NCBI GenBank assembly: GCA_964016885.1
Contig: OZ024743.1
Location: 285,448,001-285,512,000, forward strand
Reading direction: 5' to 3'
Length of the DNA: 64,000 nt
Origin: Eledone cirrhosa
Taxonomy: Eukaryota
Positions 41,704-54,383 of the stretch are shown here, in pieces. Below the pieces are notes generated by a model, which was given only the letters and a program-made list of their open reading frames with translations, made no database searches and was not told the DNA's origin. Each line of letters starts with the position of its first letter. Position 1 is the first letter of the stretch. Position numbers and translations under genes: made by a program.

Positions 41704-43249
41704 TCTATCTATCTATCTATCTGTCTATCCATCTCTCTCTCTCTCTATATATATATATATCCTGTAAAATAAATGCACCTAGAACACTCTGTAATGAGGG
41801 GTTATTGATAGAAAGGGCATCCAGCCATAGAAAACCTGTCACACAAACAGTTGAGAGAATGCTTATGATGTGTCAAAGATATATCATCCTCCCTAGAGCT
41901 AGTGCCATGATAAAATTCACTCGGTAGAGAACAAGATCGGATGTAATCAAGATGTCGGCACAAAGCCCATTTGAAAGGTCAGCAACCTTGCTTGAGTACT
42001 GATTCAGTCTGCAGGTGCTGGTGGTGGTGATGGTAATGTATTAATTTTAGCTATGTGAACACAAAATATATGTACATATAGTTTAGATAACTACTTTATT
42101 GGAGCTTTAGATTCTAAACAAAATATTTATTTAAGAATCTATATAAATATGTATACATTTATAAACAAAGTATTTAGGTTACTGTCTTCTTAGCCATAGA
42201 TTATGAACTAAAGTATTTTATTTAAGAATCAGTTTAAATGTACATAGATGTATAAATGAACATAGTATTTAATAATATTTATAATATCTAGGATTGGCAG
42301 AACCTTTAGGGCATTGGATAAAAAGCCTTGCAGATTTAGTTATGATCTTTCTTAATTTAAACCTAATCATGGTTAACATTGCCTTTCATCCTTCTTGGGT
42401 CAATAAATAAAGTATCATCATCATCATCATCATCATCATTTTATGTCTGCTTTTCCCTGCTTGCAAGGGTGGGATGAGTCCTATTCAGCACAGCATCTCT
42501 CCACTTGTCACAGTCCTTCGTCATCTCCTCCGTAAGCTTCAGCAATCTGAGGTCTGCTCTCACCACCTCCGCCCATGTTTTTCGTGGTCTTCCTCTACTG
42601 CGTCTTCCTTCTACTGGCATTTCTTGGCACTTCTTTACCCAGCGGTCATCCTCCATGCGCATCACATGTCCATACCATCATATATATTTAAATACAAGCT
42701 GATATGAATATAAGCTGACCTCCATTGGATTGGCAGTATGGGTAGAGGGTCGGACGCCATGCTTTCTAGCATAGTTATGTCCCTTTACAAACTGAGTTCA
42801 AATCCCACCGAGGTTAACTTTGCCTTTCATCCTTACGGGGTCGATAAAATAAAGTACCAGTAATGTACTGGGAAATTGCTGGCCTTGTGCCAAATGTAGA
42901 AACAATTATTTTATGTCTGAGAAATGAGCAAAAATCTAAACCGAGTGTATAAGCTAAGGTAGATGATCAACACATTATGTTTAGATGGTGTGGTTTTGAA
43001 ATTCTCATGAGTGGAGAATTAATTTATGAAGTTTTAATATTTTGACATTTAAAAAGGACAGACGCATAGAGCATGAGAAGATCAAACGAGATGTGCATAA
43101 GCAATGCCTGGTGTATCTCTCAAAACGATTGGTGTCCCCATTGAATTGGTGTGCCCTGAGTGTGGAAAGATTTGCTTGAGCAAATCTGGTCTCAGGAGCC
43201 ACAGTCACAGCCATGTTCAAAGAGAACCCATGAACTATGATCTCCATGG

Positions 43250-43930
43250 TATTATAATAATAATAATGAAATTATTGTGTACAGTGCTCAGGTGCACTAC
43301 AACTCATCAAAGGTGCATGTATAGTACATAGAATAATGTACAAATGTCAGGAAAATAAACAGTGTATGAGTCATGATATAATAACAATAACAATAATGAA
43401 ATATTGTGCACAGTGCCCAGGTGCACCACAACCCATCAAAAAAGTGCATGTACAGTACATAGGGCAATGCACAAACATCAGTAAAATGAACAGTGCACAC
43501 ATGTGTGCATGTGTATGGAAGGGGCACATCAGGTGTAGTTTTGGCGTATTTCGGGAAGCATGAGTGTCTTAAAGGATGCAGTGTCTCGGCAGCTAACAAT
43601 TGACGCAGGCAGTTTGTTCCATGTTTCAGCAACTCTGAGCGTGAAAAAATGTCTGCGAAAGTCATGGGAGCTGTGCTGTTTTCTTATCTTGTAGGCATGT
43701 CCACGTATTGTGAAGGTTCATGGGCAACTTGATGTAAGACAGGGAGATCCATAGTTGTCGTGAATGTGCAAAGGAGTGCAAGTCTCTAGCAGGCTTGAAA
43801 AGCCATATCGAGTGTCACACATGTGAATCTGACAAGCGATTGCAATATTCTTAGTGTGAGTTTGCAGCCATCATGTATAATAATAATAATGAAATATTGT
43901 GTACAGTGCACAGGTGCACTACAACTCATC
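43250..43930 (-). mobile_element. CR1-type LINE 3' fragments with (ATT)n tails
   Basis: Minus strand reads FFTLRVAETWNKLPASIVSCRDTASFK; related piece at 55000-55180. Confidence 0.6.
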
Positions 43931-43999
43931 AAAAAGTGTATGTATGTATATATCTGTGCATGTGCATGTGTGTGCATATGCATGTGCATGTGTGTGCAT

Positions 44000-44035
<36 letters not shown>

Positions 44036-44364
44036 ATGCATGTGTGCTTGTCTGCATGTATGTCTTTGCATTGACACTGCTTGTGCAGCCCGTCATGTTT
44101 GTTTGTCCCACATAAACAGTATCTCCTGCAGTTCAGTGATTTAAATACATCAGTGAAGTACCTTACATAAAAACAAATAAGGATGGACATCAAGAAAGAC
44201 ATTCAGTCATTGCATACTACCTTAAAAACTGTCTTAGTCAATGCATGCCAGTATGGAAAAGGGGACAGGAAACCAATGATGATGATGTGGAATGATGAAC
44301 ATAATATATTTTATATATAAATGCATAAAAAATGTTATTTGATTATTTTATTTTATTTCTCTAG

Positions 44365-44450
44365 GAAATTGTGCAATGCTAAAACCTTCAGAATTTGCCC
44401 CACAAACAAGTCAACTGATAGAATCCCTTGTACCTAGATATATGGACTCA
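44365..44450 (+). CDS. ALDH3A2: ALDH3 exon 5 (KPSE)
   Basis: ctctag|GNCAMLKPSEFAPQTSQLIESLVPRYMDS|gtaagt. Confidence 0.95.
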
Positions 44451-45542
44451 GTAAGTCAGATTTAAAGCCCTCAACTTATTTCATTGACTATATAAAGATA
44501 AGTGCAGATTGTATACCATAGTCTGGCAGTCATAATATATAACATTACAAAACAAAGGAAATAATGAAGAAAGCAAGAGAAATTCTGTGGAATTATTCAG
44601 CTAAAAAATAACCAGATATTTGTTCCTATGAACTTTAAATTTAGAAACCATATCTTTTCTGTCTTATCATATCCACAACATCAGCTATAACCATGGCATA
44701 GTACACACACTAATATACATTGTAGCTTATATATTTACTACAGTACATGCCACAATGGATATCTTAATAATAGTAGTGTTATACTGAGTGTATAAAATAC
44801 TATTATATATGGAACTAAAACTATTGATAGCTTGGAATGTAAACAAATCTACATTAATCCAATGCTATCCATAAATTCAAACAAACAATTCATAAACCTA
44901 CATTAAACCCCACTCACCAGACGCATAAGACAAAATAAAAATCAAACATCTATTTCAAAACCATACCCAACCTTCCCTAATTGCTGGTATTGGGATGATG
45001 GACATCATCAGGCTACAGCTATCAGTATACATAGTTTTTATATTAAATAGTATACAGTGGAATATATTTAGTTATTCTGTTTTTTTTTTTTTGTATGTGT
45101 AGTAATTACTTTAGAATGATAGTTAGTTTCCAATGGTCTGTGTTTATCACCAGTTTCCTGAAGTCCCAAAACCACTATAGGTTAGTACACTATAGATCTC
45201 AGACCACAGCTAAACATGGCAGATCATTTCTCTTACCGTCCTTTGACTCTGGCTAGAATGCCTTTGAGCATAGGTATGACTCACCAGGGCTGACCTAGTT
45301 GAGCATACCTATGATCTAAACAACAACACTTGCTACTACATTGCAATCTATTGACCACTACAGACCATTCCATTATAGTTCCACATTAATCTCTGATTTA
45401 GTCAAAAATACTGAGCATGTCAGTCTACTTATTATTTTACACAATCAATGACCAGCTTAGTTTTCTATTCTACATGAATGATGCCTAGAACAACAGCTGT
45501 TGCATTATATGAAGATGTCCATATATTTATTTCTTCCTTTAG

Positions 45543-45706
45543 GATTTTATATGTGTATATCCTGGGGGCACTGAAGAACTCACAGACCTACTGGAGCAGA
45601 GATTTGACCACATCTTCTTTGCTGGGAGTTCAAGCTTTGGTCGGGCTATTATGGCTGCAGCATCAAAATTCCTCACCCCAGTTACTTTACTGCTGAGTGG
45701 CAAATG
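45543..45706 (+). CDS. ALDH3A2: ALDH3 exon 6 (Rossmann motif and general-base region, divergent)
   Basis: ctttag|DFICVYPGGTEELTDLLEQRFDHIFFAGSSSFGRAIMAAASKFLTPVTLLLSGK-C|gtatgg, phase 2. Confidence 0.95.
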
Positions 45707-46167
45707 GTATGGATATAGTTATTTTCATTTCCTATACATACACAAGGCGACGAATTGCCAGAGTTGTTAAACTGTTGGATAGAATGCTTTGCAGTATTCA
45801 TTTTAGCTCTCTGAGTTTAAATCCTACCAAGGTCAACTTTTCCTTATGTCCTTTCAAGATCGATAAAAAAAAGTACCAGTCTAGTACTGGGGTTGATTCT
45901 TCTTCCACGTTTCTTTCTCACTTCCTCTTACTTTCCATCCTTCTCTGGAAGAAATCTTCTGTATCAGACCTGAAGGGAGATGGGCTCCACCAGGCTTATA
46001 ATGCCCTAAAAACTTCATCAGGAGTTATGGGACCATGCATGCAGGTATTTATACACATATGCATACCAATACATACTTAAGATGTTATAATGTTTCCCAA
46101 AACCAATCACAAACCATTAGAAATCAGTATTTACAAATGATTAATAAATGTATTGGGTTCTTTCTAG

Positions 46168-46294
46168 CCCTGTTTATGTGGATGAGAACTGTAACTTAGA
46201 AGTTGTGGCACAGAGGATCATTTGGGGGAAGCTTCTCAACGTTGGACAAAACTGTGTTGCTCCAGACTATGTCATGTGTAATTGTGAAATTCAG
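46168..46294 (+). CDS. ALDH3A2: ALDH3 exon 7 (catalytic Cys243)
   Basis: ttctag|PVYVDENCNLEVVAQRIIWGKLLNVGQNCVAPDYVMCNCEIQ|gtaagt; Cys codon at 46253-46255. Confidence 0.95.
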
Positions 46295-46503
46295 GTAAGT
46301 TATACTATGTTCTCTCAGTGGTATATGATTACATCTACTATATGATCACTTAACACCATGACTATTAGAATTGTCATTTTCCTTAACATTGTTGTTTGTA
46401 CACAATCATCACACAGCATACCTTTCTCTATAACTATACCTAACATGCATTGAGTACTAACCCTGATTTGTGGTTTTTCCAGTCTTCTAACCGTAAACGC
46501 TTC

Positions 46504-46578
<75 letters not shown>

Positions 46579-46770
46579 GAAATATATGGTGGAGAAAACA
46601 AGACATTTAATAACATACTATATCATAGTTTCTTCTCCTCTATTCTTATCATATATGAGTCTTATTTATATTATATATATATATATATATATATGATGAT
46701 GATGATGATGATGATATATATATATTAATTCAAAATATTAATAAATATAGACATTCATGTGATCAAATAT

Positions 46771-46834
46771 ATTTTATTATACATATTTCAGAGGTACTGT
46801 GCTGTTTCCTCAGTACGTCCTCATCAGATAAAAT
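46771..46834 (-). ncRNA. Type-I hammerhead motif
   Basis: AUUUUAU-CUGAUGA-GGAcGUACUG..CAGUACcUCU-GAAA-UAUGUA-UA-AUAAAAU; 7-bp stem I and a near-palindromic stem III. Confidence 0.65.
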
Positions 46835-48289
46835 AAATTGTTGTCTGACATACCTCAACTGTGCTGATGGTTCAATTCCAGTCTTGGCAGTCTATATTCA
46901 TTGATTAATCAATGAACCCTGTTTAACTTTTGGTTATATATATATATATATCATCATCATCATCATTATTTTACGAACACTTTTCCCTGCTTGCAAGGGT
47001 GAGACGGGTCCTATTCAGCACAGCATCTCTCCACTTGTCACAGTCCTTCGTCATCTCCTCTGTGAGCATCAGCGATCTGAGGTCTGCTCTCACCACTTCC
47101 ACTCATGTTTTTTGTGGTCTTCCTCTACTGTGTTTTCCTTCTACTGGGATTTCTTGGCACTTCTTTACCCAGCGGTCATCCTCCATGCACATCACATATC
47201 CATACCATTGCAGTCTTCTCTCCCGCACACTACAACTTATCCCTCTTATACACAGTTTCTCTCTCAACTGATCTATGCTTGGTCGTTCACGCACATTGAC
47301 ATTGCACATCGAATGGAGCATGCTTGTTTCGTTTCTCTCCAGCCATCGCACATCCTCTGCAGTTGCTGCCCATCGCATATATTTTGCAGGAAAAGGCCAA
47401 ACTGATATATACACTTTCAGTTGTACAAACCAAAGGAAGAGTACTCAATACATTTAGTGCAGTTTGCTACTACAAAAACGAGAAACTCAGAGTTTTCAAT
47501 GAAAATGTATAATTATATAAATTTGGGTTGTACTTCTTTGGCAAGTGATTTGATCTGAAAGCATCTTTTGAGAGTAAAACAATTAAACTTTGATATTTTA
47601 AGTGTATACATTATTATATATACTTATATTTTGTTGTTATTTTGTAATAATTGTTTCAAGGCCAGTAATTACCCAGTGTATTACTGGTACTTTATTTTAT
47701 CGACCCCTTAAGGATGAAAGGCAAAGTTAACCTCGGCGGGATTTGAACTCAGACCATAAAGGGCCATAACTCTTTGCTGCAAAGCATGGCGTCTGACCCT
47801 CTACCGATACTGCCAATGATTTCTAATTTAGGCACAAATGATAATATAATATATATCAGTTATCGAAATATTTTAATCTATATTTTCTGTCGGTTCATGA
47901 TACAAAGGTACAATGAAGTAGAATATCAGGGACCAGGTAATATTTTGATATTGTATATCATTAATACAAAAGAATAACAAATTAGAAATAATTATTCGAA
48001 TAGTAACACAAATACAAAGAGAAAATGGCAAAGCAATGTAAGGGAAATAATTCATAGAGAACGGAGACTTATTTCCCTTGCATTGTTTGAAGTGATAACT
48101 GCATTATTTCAAATATTAGTATTTGACTGTTACCCACATCCTTGTATTCTTCATTCCCCCGGGAATAAAAATCCCTCCCAAATGTCTCGTCCAGCTAACT
48201 GTAAATAGATATTTATAAGGTGGAAGACAATGTGTATATGGTGTATAATTGAAGACATTTAGCAACCGGTAGTTTCAACATATCTAATA

Positions 48290-49490
48290 TAAGTACCATC
48301 TTGGAAAATGATAAGTGTGAATTGTGTTACTAAGTAGATTTCTCTCCCCTACACCAGGCTCACTACCACATATACATACATGCCAACAGTGTCATTGCAT
48401 TTAACTTTAGCAAAACATTCAACTATGACTGGCATGCAAATCTCCTAGCTAAACTTCGTCTGTCTCTTGACTCTTGAATTGGAGGTTATCTGATAGATTG
48501 CACCCTCATGGTGTGTACTGATGGAGCCCTATTTCTGACTTATATTCTATCAACTCTGGTTTACTCTAAGGTTTAGTTATGTCCCTCAGATTCTTTCTTT
48601 AATGCATCAAGAATTTACTTGCCAACACCTCCAACAACATCCATTCCTATGAAGAAGGTAATACATTTCATTTCTCCCTAATCGTCCTAATACAAGAATT
48701 ATCCACATGCAGCTGAGTGTCAACTTGTGTCAAAACTATACTGACTCTGTCAATAGAAACCTCATAAAGATTCTCCAGTAGTGTCATGCCAATCTTGACT
48801 CCATCCATATCACAAAGACATGATTACTACATATATCAAGAAAAAACATCTTAACCCCACTCTTCAAACATGAAGAGCATGCTACTAAAACACTTCATGC
48901 CAGAACAAATATTAAGCTTTGTTATCTCTTTCTGTTGATCTCAAATCCTCACCATAGTAGAGACTGCATCACAAAAACTAGCCTTCTTATTCACCACTAG
49001 AAAATACTTCAGCCCTCAACAAATATTAACCCTTTGCAAAGCTCAAATGAGATCAGCAATGAAATATGTTCCCACATCTAAAAGGGTGTTACAACTGCAC
49101 ATATAGACATCCTAGTCTGCATTAAAAAAAGGACTACCAGATAGATTGGCATGACGTCACTTCAGCCCCTGGCTCACTGACCTGCTACCTCCTCATTTAG
49201 CAATTTCTGTCATTACTACAATGGCCTCTGCTTTTCAGATCTGGTTGGTGTCATTCCACCTCCACTTAGGTCATCACAACTCACAACTCTCTCCTTTTCT
49301 TCTTATCCATATTATGCCTCCTCTCCATCTCAGATCTCACACTAATGTCACTTTTCTCAGTCCTTCCTTCCCAGAAAACTTAGCTTGCTAGTGTTTCCTC
49401 CCTGCTCATTTTTTTCCCTGCAGCCAATGACTTATAACTGTTCAAGATGAACATTGTCCATATCAACCTCACTGAATCATATAAATATGT
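48290..49490 (+). mobile_element. Highly decayed CR1(Zenon)-like LINE
   Basis: Remnants resembling SKxF..WH..LL.KL, NSG, K.Q.R..M.Y..H.W and FS.L. Confidence 0.45.
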
Positions 49491-49617
49491 AAACATTGTC
49501 ACTGAGTAGATAAGCTTCTATCTTATATTTTTGTGAATGTGAAGATTTGTTTTACAAGAATCTAGGAATGAATGTTAATCTAATCAATATTTTGTTTGTT
49601 TATTTCCTTAAAATCAG

Positions 49618-49721
49618 GAACTTTTGTTTGAAAAACTGCAAATGGCAATTGAGAAATTTTATGGGACTCAAGACAGTGGCTTAGAGTTTTATGGGCGAAT
49701 TGTTAATGAGCAACATTTTCA
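49618..49721 (+). CDS. ALDH3A2: ALDH3 exon 8
   Basis: aatcag|ELLFEKLQMAIEKFYGTQDSGLEFYGRIVNEQHF-Q|gtaagt, phase 2. Confidence 0.93.
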
Positions 49722-50155
49722 GTAAGTAAATATTTTTTTATGCACTCATATACATGGGTGTACATAGGCATTACTGAGTGGTTTAAGAAGTTTGTTTTGT
49801 AATCATTGGGACACAGGTTTGATCCTATATCATGTCATCTTGGGAAAGTGTCACTTCACCATATCCTAAGGTTGAGCCAAGCCTTGTGATTGAATAGATG
49901 GAAACTATGAGGAAACCTGTCAGATAGATTGTATATGTTATTCAATGCTCTATCCTTGTCACATATTGCATCATGCTGATTGCAATTGGGAATTATTTTA
50001 AGGGTGCTTTATCTTCTGTAGAATACTCAACCACTTATATGTTAATTTAATAAATAGAATGTTCAGTTGATTAGATAACTGCAAGCTCACCATTAAAACC
50101 AGTGGAGGACCCATCATATATATATATAATATATATTATTATTATTATTATTATC

Positions 50156-50191
<36 letters not shown>

Positions 50192-51150
50192 ATTATTATT
50201 ATATATATATATAATTCAAAGTCTATTGAGCTTTTTTATTGAGAAGCACACAAATCAAAGATATTTGATATGTTTTAATACCTCATATTTGTATGTATAT
50301 GGTTCATTTTAATAAAATAGTGATAGAATTGAGTAAAACAAAACTGATATCTGAGAGCTTCTGTGATGAGAGGACTTAACCTCAGTGGTGGAAACTAATG
50401 TAACACTCATTAATTATATAGTACTTCTGATGTAACCATAATAAGCCATACTTACACATGCTACCTATTTATAGAAAAGTGGACTGTACTGCCTTGGCTA
50501 TGGACACTGTAATAATAGTGACAAAATACTAACCATTGATCTTCTGTAATATACTATAAACTCTGCAAGCTGTGACTCTAGTAAGAAATATATCAAATAT
50601 TAAATATTCATCGTATTTCTATTTTTTAGGACAAACTAACATCCTTGTTGTTAGATTATTACAGATAACAATGACATCTTAACCTTTGTTGCAGACTCCT
50701 GCAAACAATGCTGACATCATAACCCTTGTTAATAGGTTACTATAAATAACACTGGGATCTTAAAATGTTTTTAGGTGGCTAAAGTAACAAAAAATTATTT
50801 ACTCAATTTATCCCATTTTATGAACATCTTGTACATATAAACACAATTTATATAATAAATATGATTTATATAAAAAATAGTCAGAGAAAAAATGAGAGAT
50901 GTGTACACACAATTATGCATTACAACAGGGAATACTGGTATTTCTCTCTAAAACATGTTCAAGGCAAGCCAAGTCACTCATAGAATTGTCATGTATGCTG
51001 ATCAAGATGATAAGGGACTTATTAGCTCAATACTGAAGTGACATTTTATCTTGTTCATGCTCCTCAGAAAAACTTAAACTTATACTAACAAATTACATAT
51101 CAGTTAAGAAGTACTCCTACTCCTATGTATGTGTGTGTATATATTTACAT

Positions 51151-51533
51151 GGAGGCACATGGCTTAGTGGTTAGAGCATTGGCCTTGCAATCGAAAGGTT
51201 GTGAGTTCAATTCTTAGACCGGGTGATGTGTTGTTTCCTTGAGCAAGACACTTTATTTCACATTGCTCCAGTTTACTCAGCTGTAGAAATGAGATGATAG
51301 GGACTGGCGTCCCTATCATTCCACTGCAAAGTGGTCGTGGAGGTGCCACGGCAAAAAAGCACCCAGCCCACACTGTAAAGTGGACGTGTAGGCGCCATGG
51401 CAAACAAAGCACCCAGCACTCACTGTAAATGAGGTTGGTGTTAGAAATCAAGCCAGAATCAGTTCCCATCTCACCTGTGTAAGCAGGGAAAAGCGGACGT
51501 AAAAATGATGATGATGATGATGATGATGATGAT
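51151..51533 (+). mobile_element. CORE-type tRNA SINE 5' part joined to an RTE B/C 3'UTR
   Basis: A box tggcttagtgg, B box gagttcaattc, ccttgagcaagacact; from about 51322 RTE 3'UTR modules and (GAT)n. Confidence 0.7.
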
Positions 51534-51539
51534 ATATCT

Positions 51540-51745
51540 ATCTTTATTGTATATATAAATGATTGCTACATGACTAGGACTGTTTCATATGAAATCATCA
51601 GGACTTTCTGGAGGATTTCATATGAATGAAACAGTTCTAGTCATGTAGAAGTCATTTCTATATAAAATAAAGATGCCTATACTCTACCAACGTATTGAGT
51701 ACCTTTTTTAACTGTGGTCACCTCTCAATACCCTTAGGGAATCCA
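51540..51745 (+). mobile_element. Family-D element, copy 4
   Basis: Arms about 51540-51602 and 51607-51674; tail with gtattgagtac at 51692. Confidence 0.65.
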
Positions 51746-52388
51746 TCCATAATTATATATATTCATCTGGAGAGTACAATTCGATAGATAAGAAAATAAA
51801 AAATAGAAAAAGGACATGTGGGTGGGTGTTGTTTTTCATTTTTTGTCTTTATCACCATATATATTAATGGAATGGTCTGTATATTGATTGTGGTGGTCTG
51901 TATATTGAAGTGTGACTGGCTATATTAACATTGTGTATGAGTGCAGTTTGTCAGTGTATGTATCAAATATAAAAGAAATTATTAATGACAAATAAGTATC
52001 TGTTCATTGTGGTACATTTCTAAGGAAAACAATGTCAAGTGCAAGATATGGCATGTGAAATACAGTTGAAGTAATAGGAAGCAGAAAAAAAAGTCTTAAG
52101 TGGTTTTAGGTGGGATGAATGTAGAGTTTGTGATTTCAAAACAACACCAACTATTCTTGTAGTGATCTAAGATACAGAGGTGTGACATAGATTGAGGCTG
52201 ATTCACCAGCTGGAAACTGTTTGTGAATGTAAAATTGTCTCCCTTTCTATCTGCCCGATGTCCTAAGCTTAGAGGTTAAAGAGGGTTGGGGGTCTATATA
52301 AAAAAGAATTCACGTAAGTTTCAGTACCACATTGGGATTGTACTGATTTTACCAAATGACTAACATTTAATTAACTTGTTTCATTCAG

Positions 52389-52515
52389 ACGTCTCAAAAA
52401 CCTTCTGCAGCGTCAAAGACCAACTTATGGAGGCATGGTAGATGATGAACAGCAACGTATCACCCCTGGAATAATTAATGATGTGAAACCAGGAGATCCA
52501 TTTATGGAAGAAGAG
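52389..52515 (+). CDS. ALDH3A2: ALDH3 exon 9 (ends at Glu333)
   Basis: attcag|RLKNLLQRQRPTYGGMVDDEQQRITPGIINDVKPGDPFMEEE|gtagct. Confidence 0.92.
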
Positions 52516-52593
52516 GTAGCTTGAAATATTTTGATGTTTTAGAATAATATATTTTCATGTATTGCTAGTATGTTTTGGATACACCTTCATATC

Positions 52594-52624
<31 letters not shown>

Positions 52625-53839
52625 TCAGGTCGACAGGCAAAGAATGATAGAGAGTGGGCAAGAGGAATTTCTTTTAAAGTATTATATTAGCAGGACCCAT
52701 AGACTAAATGCCTGATGGTGTTTAGTGAGAGGGGAGAAGCTGTGCTTATGACCTTCATAGGTCTTTCATGACCATTCAGATTGGTACGGCTAGTGTTCAG
52801 CATGAACAGCTATAAATTGGCACCTGCAGGAAAAATATGAATAGGAAGGAAAGAAGGAAAGATTGAGTATAGATTATAATAGAATCTCAGATAAGAGACA
52901 GAGTATGTGTGATGAGAGGAGTTTGTTTGGATGAAGGTGGCATACAGCTAGCTACCTTCAAGGAGCAGAGGACATTGTGGTAGTGGTAGAGATATCAAAA
53001 GGAAAAGACAGCATGTCTTTAGGTGAGTTGTTGTAGTGTATATATATATATATGCCGAACTGCAGGGATAAACATGCATACACATGTATATATATATATG
53101 TATATATTTTAATGAGCTACTGCCCAACAGATATTCACACATCACAGAAACAAGAGCTCAGCTGTCAGGTAGCAACTCATTACAATACATATACTCCTCT
53201 TTCTTAAGTGTTGCGTATCAAGCTTTACAATGGTCTTACTTCTCTGAACTGGTAACCACCTATATATATATATTTACATATATATAATCATCATCGTCAT
53301 GATGACAATAATGATGATGATGATGATGGGTTTATAGGCAAAGTCATAAGTTATTTAAACAAAATTAGTTGACAATAAGTTTTGCAATATTTTTGTATTC
53401 CCACAAATATGTTTTTATGACAACCACTTTTAGTTTATTTCATGTTGACTAATATATTTTCAATCAATTTGGCTTATGGCTATTTCGATTTTCTATGACT
53501 ATGTATTTTGATCAGTTTCTCTCTTTACCAATATATCTTTCGACCAGAGTCTATGCGAGTTATACTAGGAGATTCTCAATACCAATTCTTTACTTAATGG
53601 TATAGACTCTTTTTCATTGTTTTGCAATTCACAATTGAGTGAATTCCATAATCACCTATGTGTATGTGTCTGTGGAAGGTGGGAATTCAAGTCCCATGGA
53701 AGGCACTGTCCACTTTTTCTGTCTCCAGGGGTTTATATGCCCTAATTGTTTGTCTATTTTCATAGTCAGAAACCTATTGTCTTAATTTTCAAAGATTTGA
53801 AACTCACTCAGTGCTTCTAAAATTCTAAAACTAGATTGT

Positions 53840-53881
<42 letters not shown>

Positions 53882-53909
53882 ACAAAATATTATGTTTATA
53901 TATTATGTT

Positions 53910-53944
<35 letters not shown>

Positions 53945-54312
53945 ACAAAATATTATGTTTTGCTAACGATATGTGGCTCTTTCTCTCTATATATATCTAG
54001 GGCAGGTAAAATTCCCGAGATCCATGGACGAGTTCTCTCCAGCGGTCTCTGTCCCTCATTATCGCTGCCATGTCCTGTGTCTCCAACAGACCAGTGTTTG
54101 TCCTTAGGGCATCAACATACGTTAACCTTGGTCTTCCTCTACATATATCTTTTGATTCAAATTATGTATATATATATAAATCATTACCATCATTTAACAT
54201 ATACATATACACAACATACATATACTTATATATATTTATGTATGTGCATGTTTCAGTATTTTCTAATTTTATATATTTTAAAAATTTTATATTACATTTA
54301 CTCATTTATTAG

Positions 54313-54383
54313 ATTTTTGGTCCCATACTTCCAATAATGCCAGTGAAGAATTCTGATGAAGCAATTGATTTAATCAATAGTAG
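54313..54383 (+). CDS. ALDH3A2: ALDH3 exon 10 (IFGP)
   Basis: tattag|IFGPILPIMPVKNSDEAIDLINS-S|gtaagt, phase 2. Confidence 0.95.

Noticed and set aside
48029-48089. Imperfect 21-bp inverted repeat (also 51787-51854)
   Set aside because: Short, AT-rich and mismatched, with no TSD, tail motif or ribozyme core to assign it.
50360-50406. HHR-like gtgatga-gagg..cctc..gaaac-taat-gta (also 30300-30382)
   Set aside because: Core incomplete and helix junction spacing wrong; too decayed to support.
51151-51230. tRNA gene (also 32700-32772)
   Set aside because: A/B boxes run directly into a CORE-like SINE body and no complete cloverleaf is evident, so these are SINE heads.
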